From Eledone cirrhosa (taxonomy: Eukaryota), in assembly GCA_964016885.1 (NCBI GenBank), contig OZ024742.1, positions 256,928,001 through 256,992,000 on the forward strand: a DNA stretch of 64,000 bases, written 5' to 3'. How positions within the stretch are numbered: position 1 is the first letter of the stretch; every line of letters starts with the position of its first letter. A program made the position numbers and the translations under genes. Shown here piece after piece: positions 28,391 through 47,100 of the stretch. The notes beneath the pieces were generated by a model, which saw only the letters and a program-made list of their open reading frames with translations, did not search any database and was not told the DNA's origin.

Positions 28391-28577
28391 TGTAAGTTCC
28401 CATCGGAGTTTTGTTTCTTCTTCTGGTTCTCCTGCAATTTCTGTAATTAGGTATTTACGAGGGAGTATGGGTGCCGTTAGAGAGAGCCATTTCGAATGTG
28501 TTTCGACATATTTTTCTACATATTATCTACATATATATATATATATATATATGTAGATAAATCTACCAAGAGTTTAC

Positions 28578-29580
<1,003 letters not shown>

Positions 29581-29708
29581 CTTATACTCCGTTTAACATC
29601 TAGATGTTCCCTTGAATGGAATTGAATTGGAGATACACAAAAGCGTGGAGAACTTAATATTGCTAACATAAATTTATTGGACCATTTTACACAACCAATA
29701 ATGCACCT

Positions 29709-29752
<44 letters not shown>

Positions 29753-29770
29753 ATATATATATATATATAT

Positions 29771-30027
29771 ATCAATGATATTAATAAATGGAAACTAGAT
29801 TTATAAAACCATATATATTCTATTATATATATTTCAAGGGTACCAAATGAGAACTTAACCGTTTAAGTTTACCGTTAAGGTCTCATTCCTGGATAAGTTA
29901 ATATTTATAAAACAAAGTTTGTATTTTATCTGATGAGAGCGTATCAAAATGTTGGTACCCTTGAAATATATATAATAGAATAAATATGGTTTTATAAATA
30001 TAGTTTCCATTTATTAATATCATTGAT
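29771..30027. repeat. Fold-back element (arms 29771-29845 / 29952-30027) with an HHR at 29922-29982 (+)
   Basis: TATTTTAT-CTGATGA-GAG...CTT-GAAA-TATATA-TA-ATAGAATA. Junction hairpin aatgagaacttaac...gttaaggtctcatt at 29846-29887. Confidence 0.88.
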
Positions 30028-30117
30028 CTTATACTCCAGTAAACTTGTCGAGTGCTTCCAATCTGTTACGAATTTATATATTTGTTGAATTAACAACAAA
30101 TATTAAATATCCCTTTG

Positions 30118-30203
<86 letters not shown>

Positions 30204-30207
<4 letters not shown>

Positions 30208-31150
30208 GAAGAGCAGAACAAATGAACATTATGACCATTAAACAATTTTTTAAAACAATAAAAACAATGATTTTGATATTTACCCGTTCATAATGCTATT
30301 ACCGGCGGTTTCGTTTTACAAAAGGTTAGAGTTTCGTATATTTCTAACGGAAAAGTAAATTTCATCAAATAGCTATTTCCATACTGTAGGAAACTAGTCC
30401 CACGGTCTGCAAATATATTGCCAACTACCACCTAGTGTGAGTAAGCACGTTAGAATGACCCACACATGAACTGGCCAGTAGAAAAAGCGAGAAATATTAC
30501 AGACTCATTAATGGCTATTCTGTTAAAAAAAATAGCAGAAAGCAGCAATGAATATGTTTCTCAACATAGATAGGAGAATTCATAAAATTAGGTAAATATC
30601 TCATTGAACACCAATTATATTATAGTCACACTATATATATCTATGTGTACTTAGTTCTCAGAGAGATATTTATTTCATTTTATGAATTCTCCTATTTATG
30701 TTGAGAAAAATATTCGTTGCTGCTTACTGCTATTTTTTAGCAGGATAGCCATTTACGAGTCTGTAATATTTCCCGCTTTTTCTAGAGGCCAGTTCATGTG
30801 TGGCTCATTCTAATGGCCTTACTCGCACTAGCTGGTAGTTGGCAATATATTTGCAGACTGTGGGACTAGTTTTCTACTGTATGGAAAGAGCTATGTGATG
30901 AACTTTACTTTTTCGTTTGAAATTCTCTGAATCTCTAACCCTTTGTATAACGAAACCAGCAGTAACGGGTCAATATTTAATTAATTTTTTTAATGTTTTT
31001 AAAAGAATTGTTTAATGTTTGTTTGTTCTGCTGTTCTTAAGTTTTATAGTTCTGGTATCTTGAATTAGTACCATTGAATACCAATTATATTATAGACACA
31101 CTATATATCTCTAGGGGTACTTAGTACTCAGTGAGATATTTACCTCATTC
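30204..31150. repeat. Fold-back element (arms ~30204-30588 / ~30677-31040) with a direct repeat (30603-30680 = 31072-31150) and degenerate HHRs
   Basis: Minus-strand HHR 30295-30373: GCTAT-TTGATGA...GAAA-CCGCCGG-TA-ATAGC. The plus copy at 30890-30966 lacks the 3' strand of stem I. Confidence 0.85.
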
Positions 31151-31158
31151 TATATATA

Positions 31159-31203
<45 letters not shown>

Positions 31204-31209
<6 letters not shown>

Positions 31210-32790
31210 GACCGCCCGACCGCGCTCCGCCCACACATATCCCCCCACTAACACCACTAACACACTCCTCCTTTTCACCGCCCACCCCACAACTAACAAT
31301 ATTAGCACCCCCACCCACACCCGACCACCCTTCCCCAACTAACAATACTAACATCCCTCCTTTCTTCTTCCCCCTCCCCTTATCACACGCACACACCCAC
31401 CGGTACATATATACACGCGCTCACACTAAACACACACCTTACTACCACCAATGACCCTCACCCACACACATCCACACCCCACCACCCCGCAGCTAATATC
31501 ACTAACACCCCGCCCCCAACCCCCAACCCCACGCACACGAACACACACACCCACTTACACCACCCACTCTACACAACCTACCACCACTGACCACCACTAA
31601 CACCCGCATTCAACCCTTTACCCACCACCAGTATACTAACATCCACTAACACCCCCTTCACCACACACACTCTCATCCAAACACGCACACACACACCAGT
31701 ACACTACACTCCCTCCATCGGCACCCACACCTTTCTCTCCCCCTCCTCCTCCCCGCTCCACCCACACCATTTCTCACACACACACACATCCCACTAACAC
31801 CTCTACTAATACACGCACACCCCCTTCTCACTCCTACTTTCACACCTACCCATTCTCTCCCCCGTCCACCGCACCTCCGCACACACTGACACACCGACTT
31901 TCTTCACTTACCATTCTCCCCGACTGTTGCTATGCCCTGAATCTCTGACCACCTCTCCACACACACAGACACACAACCCTCCTCCTGCCTTGACCCTCTG
32001 ACCATTCCCTGTTGCGCACGCACCCCACCACTCCCCTCCTCTGACCAACCCAACCACGGATTACAGACATTGGACATCGTTCCCAAGAATCAACCACATC
32101 ACACGGCAATCACCAGCATCCCACCACATCCTCTACGGAACTACCTTAGGGATTTATACACGGACATACACTCAAAAAAATTTGTTTTCTCACATGCCAC
32201 CTACATCCACAACACGTAAAAAACACCACACACACGTGCGTACCACCACATATTTACACACTCAGCCCCCGGAATACTCTCGCCCACCCCTATGACCCCT
32301 CCCCATCCACACACGCACACATACACCGACCTACACCCAACCCCACACACACCTTTTCCTGAACATGCAACCCCGTTCTTCCCCCAAATCTTACTTTCAC
32401 ATACACACACACACACACACATGTAAACCTACACACACACCACCATCAGCCTCCCCGCTAGGACACCCAGCCTCCCTCTCCCCCACTCCAACCGCCACCA
32501 CCCCTACTCGCCCCACACCCTTCCACCACTCGTTTTACTTCATGTTTATTTTTATTTTTATTATGCTTTTATTTTTAATTTCATTTGTACCGTTTCCTCT
32601 CACCCCCTTTTTTCTATATATCTCTCCACCACTCCCCTACACACCCTTGGAACTCTCTTCCCACACACTTTTCACCCGAAGAAGGGCTTATGCCCGAAAC
32701 GTCGTTCCCCACCAGCACCCCACTCTCAAGAGCGTGAAACTAATAAACCTTTGTTCGTACTGCCTCTCTGTTTTGTTCCCGTTCAATTTT
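31204..32790 (+). mobile_element. C/A-rich low-complexity element ending in the same HHR-bearing terminal repeat as 5960-6177 (HHR variant 32672-32710)
   Basis: Shared cacacccttggaactctcttcccacacactt...gaagggcttatgcccgaaacgtcgttcccc...actaataaacctttgttcgtactgcctctctg. TA-flanked. Confidence 0.7.
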
Positions 32791-32819
32791 TTACTATATA
32801 TATATATATGTGTGTGTGT

Positions 32820-34985
<2,166 letters not shown>

Positions 34986-35096
34986 TATACATATATATAT
35001 ATTTTGAGTTTATGTTGGTTGTATACCAACACCTCAGTATGCAGGCTGGAGCACTCAACGAAGTGCGCAGGTTGGTTTGGTTACTCCGGAGTAGTG

Positions 35097-36291
<1,195 letters not shown>

Positions 36292-36311
36292 ATATATATA
36301 TATATATATAT

Positions 36312-37610
<1,299 letters not shown>

Positions 37611-37668
37611 AAAACGATATATATATATATATATATTCTAACTCGTGAGATTCCTGTCCACATTTTAT

Positions 37669-37713
<45 letters not shown>

Positions 37714-37714
37714 A

Positions 37715-37908
37715 CGAAGGAAAGGTGGTAAGGAACCAGGTGGACCATAACGCACCAAAGCACTCAATACTTAGGGTAGTAGAGTGGGTAATAGGAACGT
37801 GTAGGGCCCCGACGGCTGAGCTCAAGCCGTTTCGACGGCTAATTCTGGACTCAGTCCAGAATTAGCTGTCGAAACGGGTTGAGCTCAGCCTTCGGTGTCC
37901 TACTCGTT

Positions 37909-37913
<5 letters not shown>
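37715..37913 (-). repeat. Second copy of the 34787 family, terminal palindrome centred ~37851
   Basis: gccgtttcgacggctaattctggact-c-agtccagaattagctgtcgaaacgg. Shares the tail taaggaaccag.tggaccataacgcacca. Confidence 0.85.
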
Positions 37914-37942
<29 letters not shown>

Positions 37943-38008
37943 TGAAGTAATTCCGTCGGAAAAGTCCAGGAAAAAAGAGTGCTCTATGTAGGTAACATAG
38001 CTTAATAA

Positions 38009-38249
38009 TTATGTAATAAACAACATAAGGCAATTATTTAATTTACCTGTGGTTTCTTAAGAGCAAAGAAATGTTGCTTTCAATCATCAGAATGAAAGAA
38101 TCCTGGCGTATTTATTGACATTGGATTTAAAATCCAACGTGAATAAATACGCCAGGATTCTTTCAGTCTGATGATTGAACGCGAAATTTGTTTGCTTTTA
38201 AGAAACCACTGGTAAATTAAATAATTGTCTTATGTTATTTATTACATAA
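38009..38249. repeat. Palindrome centred ~38128 with two HHRs (38037-38097 minus; 38161-38220 plus)
   Basis: CTGATGA-T-TGAA..GC...GC.TTTAA-GAAA-CCACTGG-TA-AATTAAA. Centre ttggattt/aaatccaa. Confidence 0.88.
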
Positions 38250-38299
38250 CTATATATATACAGATTTGTTGGTTCACCAGTCTAACCTCCTGTTATTTT

Positions 38300-38363
<64 letters not shown>

Positions 38364-38365
<2 letters not shown>

Positions 38366-38410
38366 ATAGAATGCCGTTAGCTTCTTGCTAAAACAATCTC
38401 TATACCTCTC

Positions 38411-38466
<56 letters not shown>

Positions 38467-38513
38467 GAGAGGTATAGAGATTGTTTTAGCAAGAAGCTAA
38501 CGGCATTCTATAA
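38364..38513. repeat. ~50-bp inverted duplication mirrored across a (TA)n tract
   Basis: ttatagaatgccgttagcttcttgctaaaacaatctctatacctctcattt-(TA)n-aaatgagaggtatagagattgttttagcaagaagctaacggcattctataa. Confidence 0.93.
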
Positions 38514-38792
38514 CATATATGCGACTATAACGTCAAGATGGGAAAAGTAGTTAACGAAAGATTTAGGAAAAATAACTCAAACTCATCTCAAAAGAGAATC
38601 AGGATATAAATTCATTCACCGAATTTAGTGAAATCCAGGGATAAATCTATAGACCTTTAACTCATGATAAAATAAAGTTTGAAACACTTATCCTTCAATT
38701 TGGAATAACATCAAATGCTCTATATAGTCTTAAAAGACTATTTCATGAAAATGTTCAGTGGAGATGGTCACGGTTGGATTTCATTCATCAGC

Positions 38793-38829
<37 letters not shown>

Positions 38830-38833
<4 letters not shown>

Positions 38834-40072
38834 AAGGAAAAGCGAAGTAGTTTCAGATGTTCAAGTCCTTTAATAATAATGCTGTGATATATATTTCAAT
38901 GACGACACTGGCCACACTGTTCTGTGTGCGAGTGTCGTGTCATCATCAGACAGCTTGTTACATAATAAGGTTATGTTTCCGAGGCAATCCAAATTGAATC
39001 GACATGGGAACTGATGAAGTTCGTGCTTTTGGGTTTTTCATCCGTTCCCTTGTGAGTACCAATTCACCCCCACCGGTCTGCTCAAGCGCATGTCCGAAAG
39101 AAAGTCGACCATTAGCCACCGCATATGTGGATAGAGTAACTGTGACACTAGAATCCCTCTCAGAACTTATTACTTAAACATCTCTCTCCATACTATTTAC
39201 TCACTTCAATCTATATATTTACTCACTCCGAATTATCACTTGAAACATTTTTGAATTTCGAATCCTTTAATTTTTTAATTGTTTAATTTATAATCTCTGA
39301 TATTTGATTTAGGATTTTAATTTTTAATTTTTATTTCCAACTCTCACTCTTAACTTCCAATGTAAAAACATGGTACCTAGAATTAAGTTTATTTTCCCTT
39401 ATGAGTTGATGGTCAGTCTTGCTGTCAACGCTTAGTGAAAGGTAGTATTATGACCTCCGAGGTTAACTTTGCCTTTCATCCTTACGGGAGTCGATAAAAT
39501 GAAGTACCAGTAATGTACTAGTTATTGCTGGCCTTGTGCCAAAAGTAGAAACAATTATGACCTATAAAAACTAACACCCTCCCATCCCCTCTGGCTTTCG
39601 GCTGACTGCCACAGTCGTGATGGGTAGCAGTAAACTTTGGTAGGGCATAGGTGGGCCATTGTTTCGGTTGAGAGGGTGAACTGACAGCGAATTTCGTTTA
39701 AATCTGCGGTGGCTAATGGTCAACTTCCTTCGGACATGCGCTTGCGCAGACCGGTGGGGGTGAATTGGAACTCACAAGGGAACGGATGAAAAACCCAAAA
39801 GCACGAACTTCATCCGTTCCCATGTCGATTCAATTTGGATTGCCTCGGAAACATAACCTTATTATGTAACAAGCTGTCTGATGATGACACGACACTCGCA
39901 CCCAGAACAGTGTGGCCAGTGTCGTAATTGAAATATATATCACAGCCTTATTATTAAAGGACTTGAACATCTGAAACTACTTCGCTTCTCCCTATTCGAT
40001 ATTTGATCCGTCACTCCTATGTGGAAAAAGTACGTTGACTGCTTGAATTGAATTGCATCAATATTTACCCTA
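38830..40072. repeat. Inverted-repeat element (arms 38830-39123 / 39705-39997) with two HHRs (38881-38954 minus; 39873-39946 plus)
   Basis: GCTGT-CTGATGA-T..ACGACACT loop AGTGTCGT..-GAAA-TATATA-TC-ACAGC. TA-flanked. Confidence 0.92.
39456..39558 (+). mobile_element. 5'-truncated SINE inside the inverted-repeat spacer
   Basis: Matches 43398-43497 (ggttaactttgcctttcatccttacggg.gtcgataaaa...ccaaaagtagaaa). Confidence 0.8.
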
Positions 40073-40140
40073 ATATATATATATATATATACGGGGTAAC
40101 AAATAATAGTTAAATGCAGTCATGTCAACCTTCTTTCCTG

Positions 40141-40266
<126 letters not shown>

Positions 40267-40376
40267 GTATATATATATATATATTTATAAATAAATATAC
40301 CTATATATATATATTTATATATATATATATTTATATATATATATTTATATATATATATTTATATATATGTTGTAAG

Positions 40377-40701
40377 TTTCAACTTATCGTTTTCGGTATG
40401 CCTGACCGACTTGATTCACTCGATATGCTAATTAGGCTGCTCAGCCGTTAATTTTCATAAGGAAAGTATATAATTTCGAACGTTCAACTATCTGGCAGAA
40501 GGGTATACGGTGCTGATGATAGCTAACAAGCTTGAAACTAGTACATCGTTCCTGTGTCAGTGTTGAACAAAAAGGTGACGTGGTTGCCTTAACACCGTAC
40601 GGCATAAACATTCAGGCTGTTCAGTTTGTTTACAAACGAACAAAGCGGCGTTATAATAAGCGTCCGCTAAACTGATACGTGCATATATGTATGTGTACCT
40701 G

Positions 40702-40779
<78 letters not shown>

Positions 40780-41214
40780 TGCTACTGTACGTCTGTATAC
40801 ATATATGTATGTACGTATACACACATACTTACATTTAAGTAAGTGCCGTACTGAGAGTGAGAAATGAAATTTCGTTTTCATTTTATTTCAACTTATCGTT
40901 TTCGGTATGCCTGACCGACTTGATTCACTCGATATGCAAATTAGGCTGCTCAGCCATTAATTTTCATAAGGAAAGTATATACTTTCGAACGTTCAACTAT
41001 CTGGCAGAAGGGTATACGGTGCTGATGATAGCTAACAAGCTTGAAACGAGTACATCGTTCCTGTGTCTGTGTTGAACAAAAAGATGACGTGGTTGCCTTA
41101 ACACCGTACGGCATAAAAATTCAGGCTGTTTGATTTGTTTACAAACGAACAAAGCGGCGTTATAATAAGCGTCCGTTAAACTGATACGTGCGTATAAGTA
41201 TGTGTACCTGTATG

Positions 41215-41272
<58 letters not shown>

Positions 41273-41699
41273 TGCTACTTTACGTCTATATACATATATG
41301 TATGTACGTATACACACATACTTACATTTAAGTAAGTGCCGTACTAAGAGTGAGAAATGAAATTTCGTTTTCATTTTATTTCAACTTATCGTTTTCGGTA
41401 TGCCTGACCGACTTGACTCACTCGCTATGCCAATTAGGCTGCTCAGCCGTTAATTTTCATAAGGAAATTATATACTTTCGAACGTTCAACTATCTGGCAG
41501 AGGGGTATACAGTGCTGACGATAGCTAACCAGCTTGAAACTAGTACATCGTTCCTGTTCAAATGTTGAACAAAAAGGTGACGTGGTTGCCTTAACACCGT
41601 ACGGCATATCAAATCAGGCTGTTCAGTTAGTTTGCAAACGAACAAAGCGGCGTTATAATAAGCGTCCGTAAACTGATACGTGCATATATGTAAGTGTAC

Positions 41700-41738
<39 letters not shown>

Positions 41739-41855
41739 TGCTACTGTACGTCTGTATACATATATGAATGTACGTATACACACATACTTACATTTAAGTA
41801 AGTGCCGTACTAAGAGTGAGAAATGAAATTTCGTTTTCATTTTATTTCAACTTAT
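40377..41855 (+). mobile_element. Head-to-tail trimer of an HHR-containing unit (509/493/466 bp), non-LTR retrozyme-like; HHRs 40508-40548, 41017-41057, 41510-41550
   Basis: Units start tttcaacttat at 40377, 40886 and 41379, and the array ends with the same 11-mer at 41845. Each unit has one HHR and one internal (TA)n tract of variable length. No ORF. Confidence 0.9.
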
Positions 41856-41880
41856 ATATATGTTTATATATATTTTTTTT

Positions 41881-41930
<50 letters not shown>

Positions 41931-42009
41931 TATTAAAATAACAGATTAAAATTTAAGCAAAGAATCGCTATTTTAGTCTTCAAATTTTAGTCTTCAAATG
42001 TATTATTAT

Positions 42010-42138
<129 letters not shown>

Positions 42139-42262
42139 GAATATATGTTGGTTGATTCCAGTTCCTCAGTGAAATAACAACCAGGAACTGGGCATATCAG
42201 AGTATTGACAAAATTATACACCTCAACAACATATGTACTCGTCTATACCACACTAATTCAGA

Positions 42263-42315
42263 CTGCCTGAAGAGGTCACAGCCAAAGATGGCTTTCACCG
42301 AAATATATATACCAG
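42263..42315 (+). ncRNA. Type-I HHR, same family as 35434-35486 (repeat ~42150-42370)
   Basis: CTGC-CTGAAGA-GGTCACAGCC aaagat GGCTTTCACC-GAAA-TATATA-TA-CCAG. Confidence 0.8.
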
Positions 42316-42469
42316 TAATAACGAAGCTAAATTTTAAACATTTGACTTATTTATTTTACTTTATTTTATATATATATATATAGGTTTGTTGGTTCACCAG
42401 TCCGGCCTCCTGTTATTTTATTATATATATATATATATATATCAAATAAAATAAAAGGAGTCTGTATAC

Positions 42470-42507
<38 letters not shown>

Positions 42508-42924
42508 GTATGAATTTCTTTCGTAGGCTATTTCTTTTTTCTCATACGAATTTTTTTTTTTAATTTTAAATGCTGAAACGTACATTGTTATTTATCACTG
42601 AGATATATATGCAATCACAGCAGTGAATGATTCCAGCGTGAGGTTAGTAGCTAATATTAACAAGAAAGGTAAGTTCAATTCAATTAGAACTGCCATTGGA
42701 TGTCATTTATTTTGGAAAACCAGAAGCAATGCCTACAGATGAATATTATCGTCTTAAATTTGCTGATTATCTGTTTTAATGTAATTATATAATTGGTATC
42801 AATTTTCTCGTGGACTTATACCACGGTATAGGCAAGAATTTAATTGTAATATAAGTGGAAATTTCTGTCTTGCTTAATTTCCTCTCTCGTCATATTTATA
42901 TTATCGCGTCTAATTTTCAGTGTT

Positions 42925-42955
<31 letters not shown>

Positions 42956-42984
42956 CTTAGGTAATTCCAATATAATCCTTTACG

Positions 42985-43221
42985 AATTCACAATCATAAG
43001 TTTGTGAGTTCGATTCTCTGTTAATGTTTGAGTTGTGTTCTTGAGTATGACACAATATATCGCATTGCTCCAGTTTATTCAGTAGTAGAAATGAGTTGCC
43101 AAGTCACTGGGGCAAAGTTGTATCGGCCTTTGGATTTCGCACAGCATCAGTGACACAGGGAAGGAAGACTGGCATACATTGCAAATGTTGATCTTCCACA
43201 AACAAACTGGACTTGTGCCCA
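42985..43221 (+). mobile_element. tRNA-derived SINE
   Basis: B-box-like gagttcgattct, then tgtgttcttgag...ttgctccagtttattcag...aaatgagttg, a core related to 14330-14662. Confidence 0.55.
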
Positions 43222-43302
43222 TATTTATATATATATATATATATATGTGTATGTATGTATAATATATATATAATATAATATAAATGTATATATATATATA
43301 CA

Positions 43303-43335
<33 letters not shown>

Positions 43336-43523
43336 CAGGGACGGACGCCATGCTTTGCAGCACATTTACGTCCATTTACTGGCTGAGTTCAAATACCGCC
43401 GTGGTTAACTTTGCCTTTCATCCTTACGGGGTCGATAAAATAAAGTCCCAGTAATAAACTGGGATAATTGCTAGCCATGTACCAAAAGTAGAAAAATTAT
43501 TATTATTATTATTATTATTATTA
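43336..43523 (+). mobile_element. SINE with an (ATT)n tail
   Basis: B-box-like gagttcaaatacc, core shared with 39456 and 13755, (ATT)n tail at 43497-43523. Confidence 0.75.
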
Positions 43524-44160
43524 TAGTTGCATTTATCTTACTTTATGTTCATACGAGTTATCACAAAGTCACAACCAGTGACCTCAAGAGACAACAAGAT
43601 CCGCTATGTTCAAGAAAGAATATACATACACACACATGCATCTTTAGGTGTTTAGACTTATGATGTACTTATATTGACAGAATCTTCCTTAGTATATGGG
43701 CAGTTCCCATTGGTACTAACTTTTGTATTTCTCCCATACGCGGGCTTTCTGGGATTTGCGATAAGTAATCATTAGACCACTTAGGTATTATCCCTAGAGA
43801 GCCTACAACCACTGGTATTGTTTTAGTTCTAAATTTCGACACTTTTCCAATTTCTATCTCCAGGTCCTTATACTTGCTCAATTTTTCAAATGTTTTTATA
43901 GATACATTCTTGTCTATTGGAACGGACATATCAATTAACAGGCATGCCCTCTTTTTATCAGTATTATATCAGGTCTATTTGCATCTATTTTTCGGTCTGT
44001 TTCGATGCTAAAGTTCCACAAGATTGAGATGGGAGGTGGTTGATGCTCCCACCACTTCCTTTGATAGGGCAGGTCAAAATGCTTACACATTATCCAATGT
44101 ATGTATTGTGCAGCTCTGTCATGCCTGTTTAGTTATTCGGTTGGAGCTATAACTCCACAA
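43524..44160 (-). mobile_element. 5'-truncated R4/Dong-clade retrotransposon (RLE domain + 3' UTR)
   Basis: NRPDI..., IDMSVPIDKNVSIKTFEKLSKYKDLEIEI, IPVVVGSLG, GTAHILRK. The 3' end runs into (TAA)n. Confidence 0.88.
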
Positions 44161-44186
44161 TTAGATTATTATTATTATTATTGATA

Positions 44187-47100
44187 TTACTCTTTGAGTC
44201 TCAGTCATTGATGTTACTTAACCGGAAAGTCCGTTGGAATGAATATCAAGCCACTACCTGCAGCCTCAGATATTCAGGACGTATCGGAGGGTTCTTGCTG
44301 TTCCCAGCGAGCATGCGTTTTGAAGCGTTCCAAAAAGCGTGAATGGGCCGATTTTCTTTAACCATCCCTGGAAACCTTTTTAGATAGTGCCCAGTGCGCC
44401 TATGACAATCGGGATCACTTTGACTTCATGGCAGTTCTAAATCCTTTTTACCTCCCACTTTAAGTCCTGGTATCGGTTAATTTTCTCCCTCTCCTTCTCT
44501 TGCACGCTCGTGTCGAATGGGCAGGCCACATCCACAATCAGAGACGATCTTTTTTCTTTGTCCACAACCACCAGGTCAGGTCTATTGTGTTACAGTTTCT
44601 TGTCCGTCTGTATCCTAAAATCCCACAGCACCATCACCTGATCGTTCTCCATCACCGCCTCTGGCTTATGCTCATACCATTTCTCAGAATGTGGTAAATT
44701 GTTTACTTTGCACAGGTGCCAGTGGATCACCCTGCCCATCACATCATGTCTCTAGCCCTTATAGTGGGTCTGGGCTAGGTGTTTACACTCGGATACAATG
44801 TGAGCTACAATCTCCTCTCTCTCCACAGATCCTGCACAGTGGGCTAGCCTCCTCCTTGTAAATATGGTGGTTCAACCACTTCGTTTTGAGGGCCTGCTCC
44901 TGCGCTGCCATTAACATTCCTTCTGTAGCCTTGTTAAGATCTCCTCTTCTCAACCAGTTCCATGTCTGTGGATCTCTAAATTCAGTTTTCTCAAAAAAGG
45001 TACTATGAAGGGATTTTTCCGGAAGGCTGCTCTTTCTGCTTGATGTTATTTCCTCCTTGGACATCCCCTGGCCTATTGTCCCCTCCTTCAGTACAGTTCT
45101 GAGCATTGGCCCCTTACTATCAGTCACGTATTTGTGTAGGTTGTTTTTCTCCATCTGAACACAATCCTCTATGCTGATAAGACCTCTTCCACCCTCAGAT
45201 CTCCTTCCTCTTGTAGAACATGTTGTAGATAGTCAATAGCTTACTAGTCTTCCTATCCATTTCTTTTTGTTCAGCAACATTCCATCTCAGAATTCCCGCA
45301 CTGTACCTAATAATAGACACAGCTCGGGAATTTACTGCGCTTATGGCATTTCTGCTGTTCAGATGTGACTTCAGTACGCTCCTTACTCTCCGAAAGTATT
45401 CAGTTCTTAACAATTCCTTCATTTTTTTTGTTCTTTATGCCATCAGCCTCCAGAACGCCCAAATGCTTGTATCCTTCCTCAGAGTCAATTTCCTTTATCA
45501 TCTCACCTGTTGGTATCTGGATTCCGTTACTTCTGATCAACCTACCCCTCCTCATCACAATGACTCCACACTTACTAATACCAAACTGCATACATATATC
45601 ACTGCTGAAAATACGGACAGTGTCAACAAGCACATGCAGCTCCTTCTCACTCTTCCCAAAGAGCTTAAGATCGTCCATGAAGAGGAGGTGATTGATGGTA
45701 AGCCCTCCCTTTCCCAACCTGTATCCTGCTCTCACTTTTCGCAGTACACTGGTCAGGGGCATCAGGGCAAGGACAAACAGCAGAGGGGACAGGCTATCTC
45801 CCTGGAAGATTCCTCTCTTGATCTTCACGCTTTCCAAGGATTCTCCAGTTGATGTCAACTCTGTTTCCCAGGACCTCATACTTTTGCCCAACAACTGTCT
45901 GATGTTATCTGCCACCTTGACGATCTCCAGGCTTTTGGTGATCCAAGAATGAGGCACCATGTCAAATGCCTTTCTGTAGTCTATCCATCCCATGGCAAGA
46001 TCAGTGTGTCTCCTCCTGCAATTTCCCATTACCATCTTATCAATAAGTAACTGGTCCTTTGTACCACGTGACTTCTTTCGGCATCCTTTCTGTTCGTCCG
46101 GTAGCAAGTTGTTTGTGTGGAGGTTATGGTAGATTTCCTCAGACACAATGCTCGTCAACAGTTTCCACATTACGGACAGACATGTGATAGGTCTATAGTT
46201 GGTAACATCATTACCCTTGATTCGGTCTTTCATTATCAGAACTGTAGTACCTTTTGTCAACCACTCTGGTACCTCATCTGACATCAAGCAGTCATTGAAC
46301 ATGGTTGTCAGTTTCGGGTGGAGGGATGTTATTTTTTAATCCAATACCCCTGCACACCATCTGGGCCTGGTGATTTCCAGTTGGTTAGTATTTTGGCCTG
46401 CCCCTTAAGAGTTTCAACTGTGATACTCAAATCAGTTTGTTGGTGTGCCTGTTCACCGACCTCCTTCTGTACTGTCTCAATCCACACTGCCTGGTCATTA
46501 TGTCTAACATCCTGCTCCCATATTCCTCTCCAGAATGTTTTAGTTTGTTCCGCCTCAGGGATCAAGTCGTTGCCTCTTTCTTTCCCCTCAAGCTGTCCAA
46601 ACATCATCTTCTGGTTGTTGTTGAACATGCGGTTCTGTTTATACTGACTGACTCTGTTCTCGTATCGCCTGATTTTTGCACTCTTTGCTACAATGCGTTA
46701 CTTCAGTTCTTCTATGATAATATTTAGCTTTTTCCTCCTAGTTTTGTACTTTATTTCCAGTCTATTTTTAGTGTCTATGTTTTTCAGTGTCCCATTCAGT
46801 AGTGACTCAAGCTTTCCAATGTCATTTCTCATTTCCTTGATTTGACCACTCAGTCCTTTCTTCCACCAAGGCTCTGCTCTTTCTTGTCTGTTGTTTCCTC
46901 TCGCTTTTATACCAAGTAGTTTCCTCACCGTATGTGCTATTGCTTTGAGGATATTGTTGCACTGGTGAAGGCTCCTCGCCTCAAGGTATGGGATGACTTT
47001 GTTTACCTTAGCTGTTGTTTCTTTTAACTTTTTCCTGTCTACAAATCTTAGGTTCATAGGTCTCCCACTATCATTGTTCAATTCATCTACCACTAAATTT

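Larger units (their letters stand above)
24768..28520 (-). mobile_element. Penelope-like element (Neptune-like), near full length, flanked by (TA)n
   Basis: RT + GIY-YIG ORF followed by a 3' terminal region containing an HHR. TA tracts at 24693-24767 and 28531 onward. Confidence 0.93.

Noticed and set aside
40377-41855. CRISPR-like repeat-spacer array
   Set aside because: Units are ~0.5 kb, the variable part is only (TA)n length, there are no cas genes and the context is eukaryotic.
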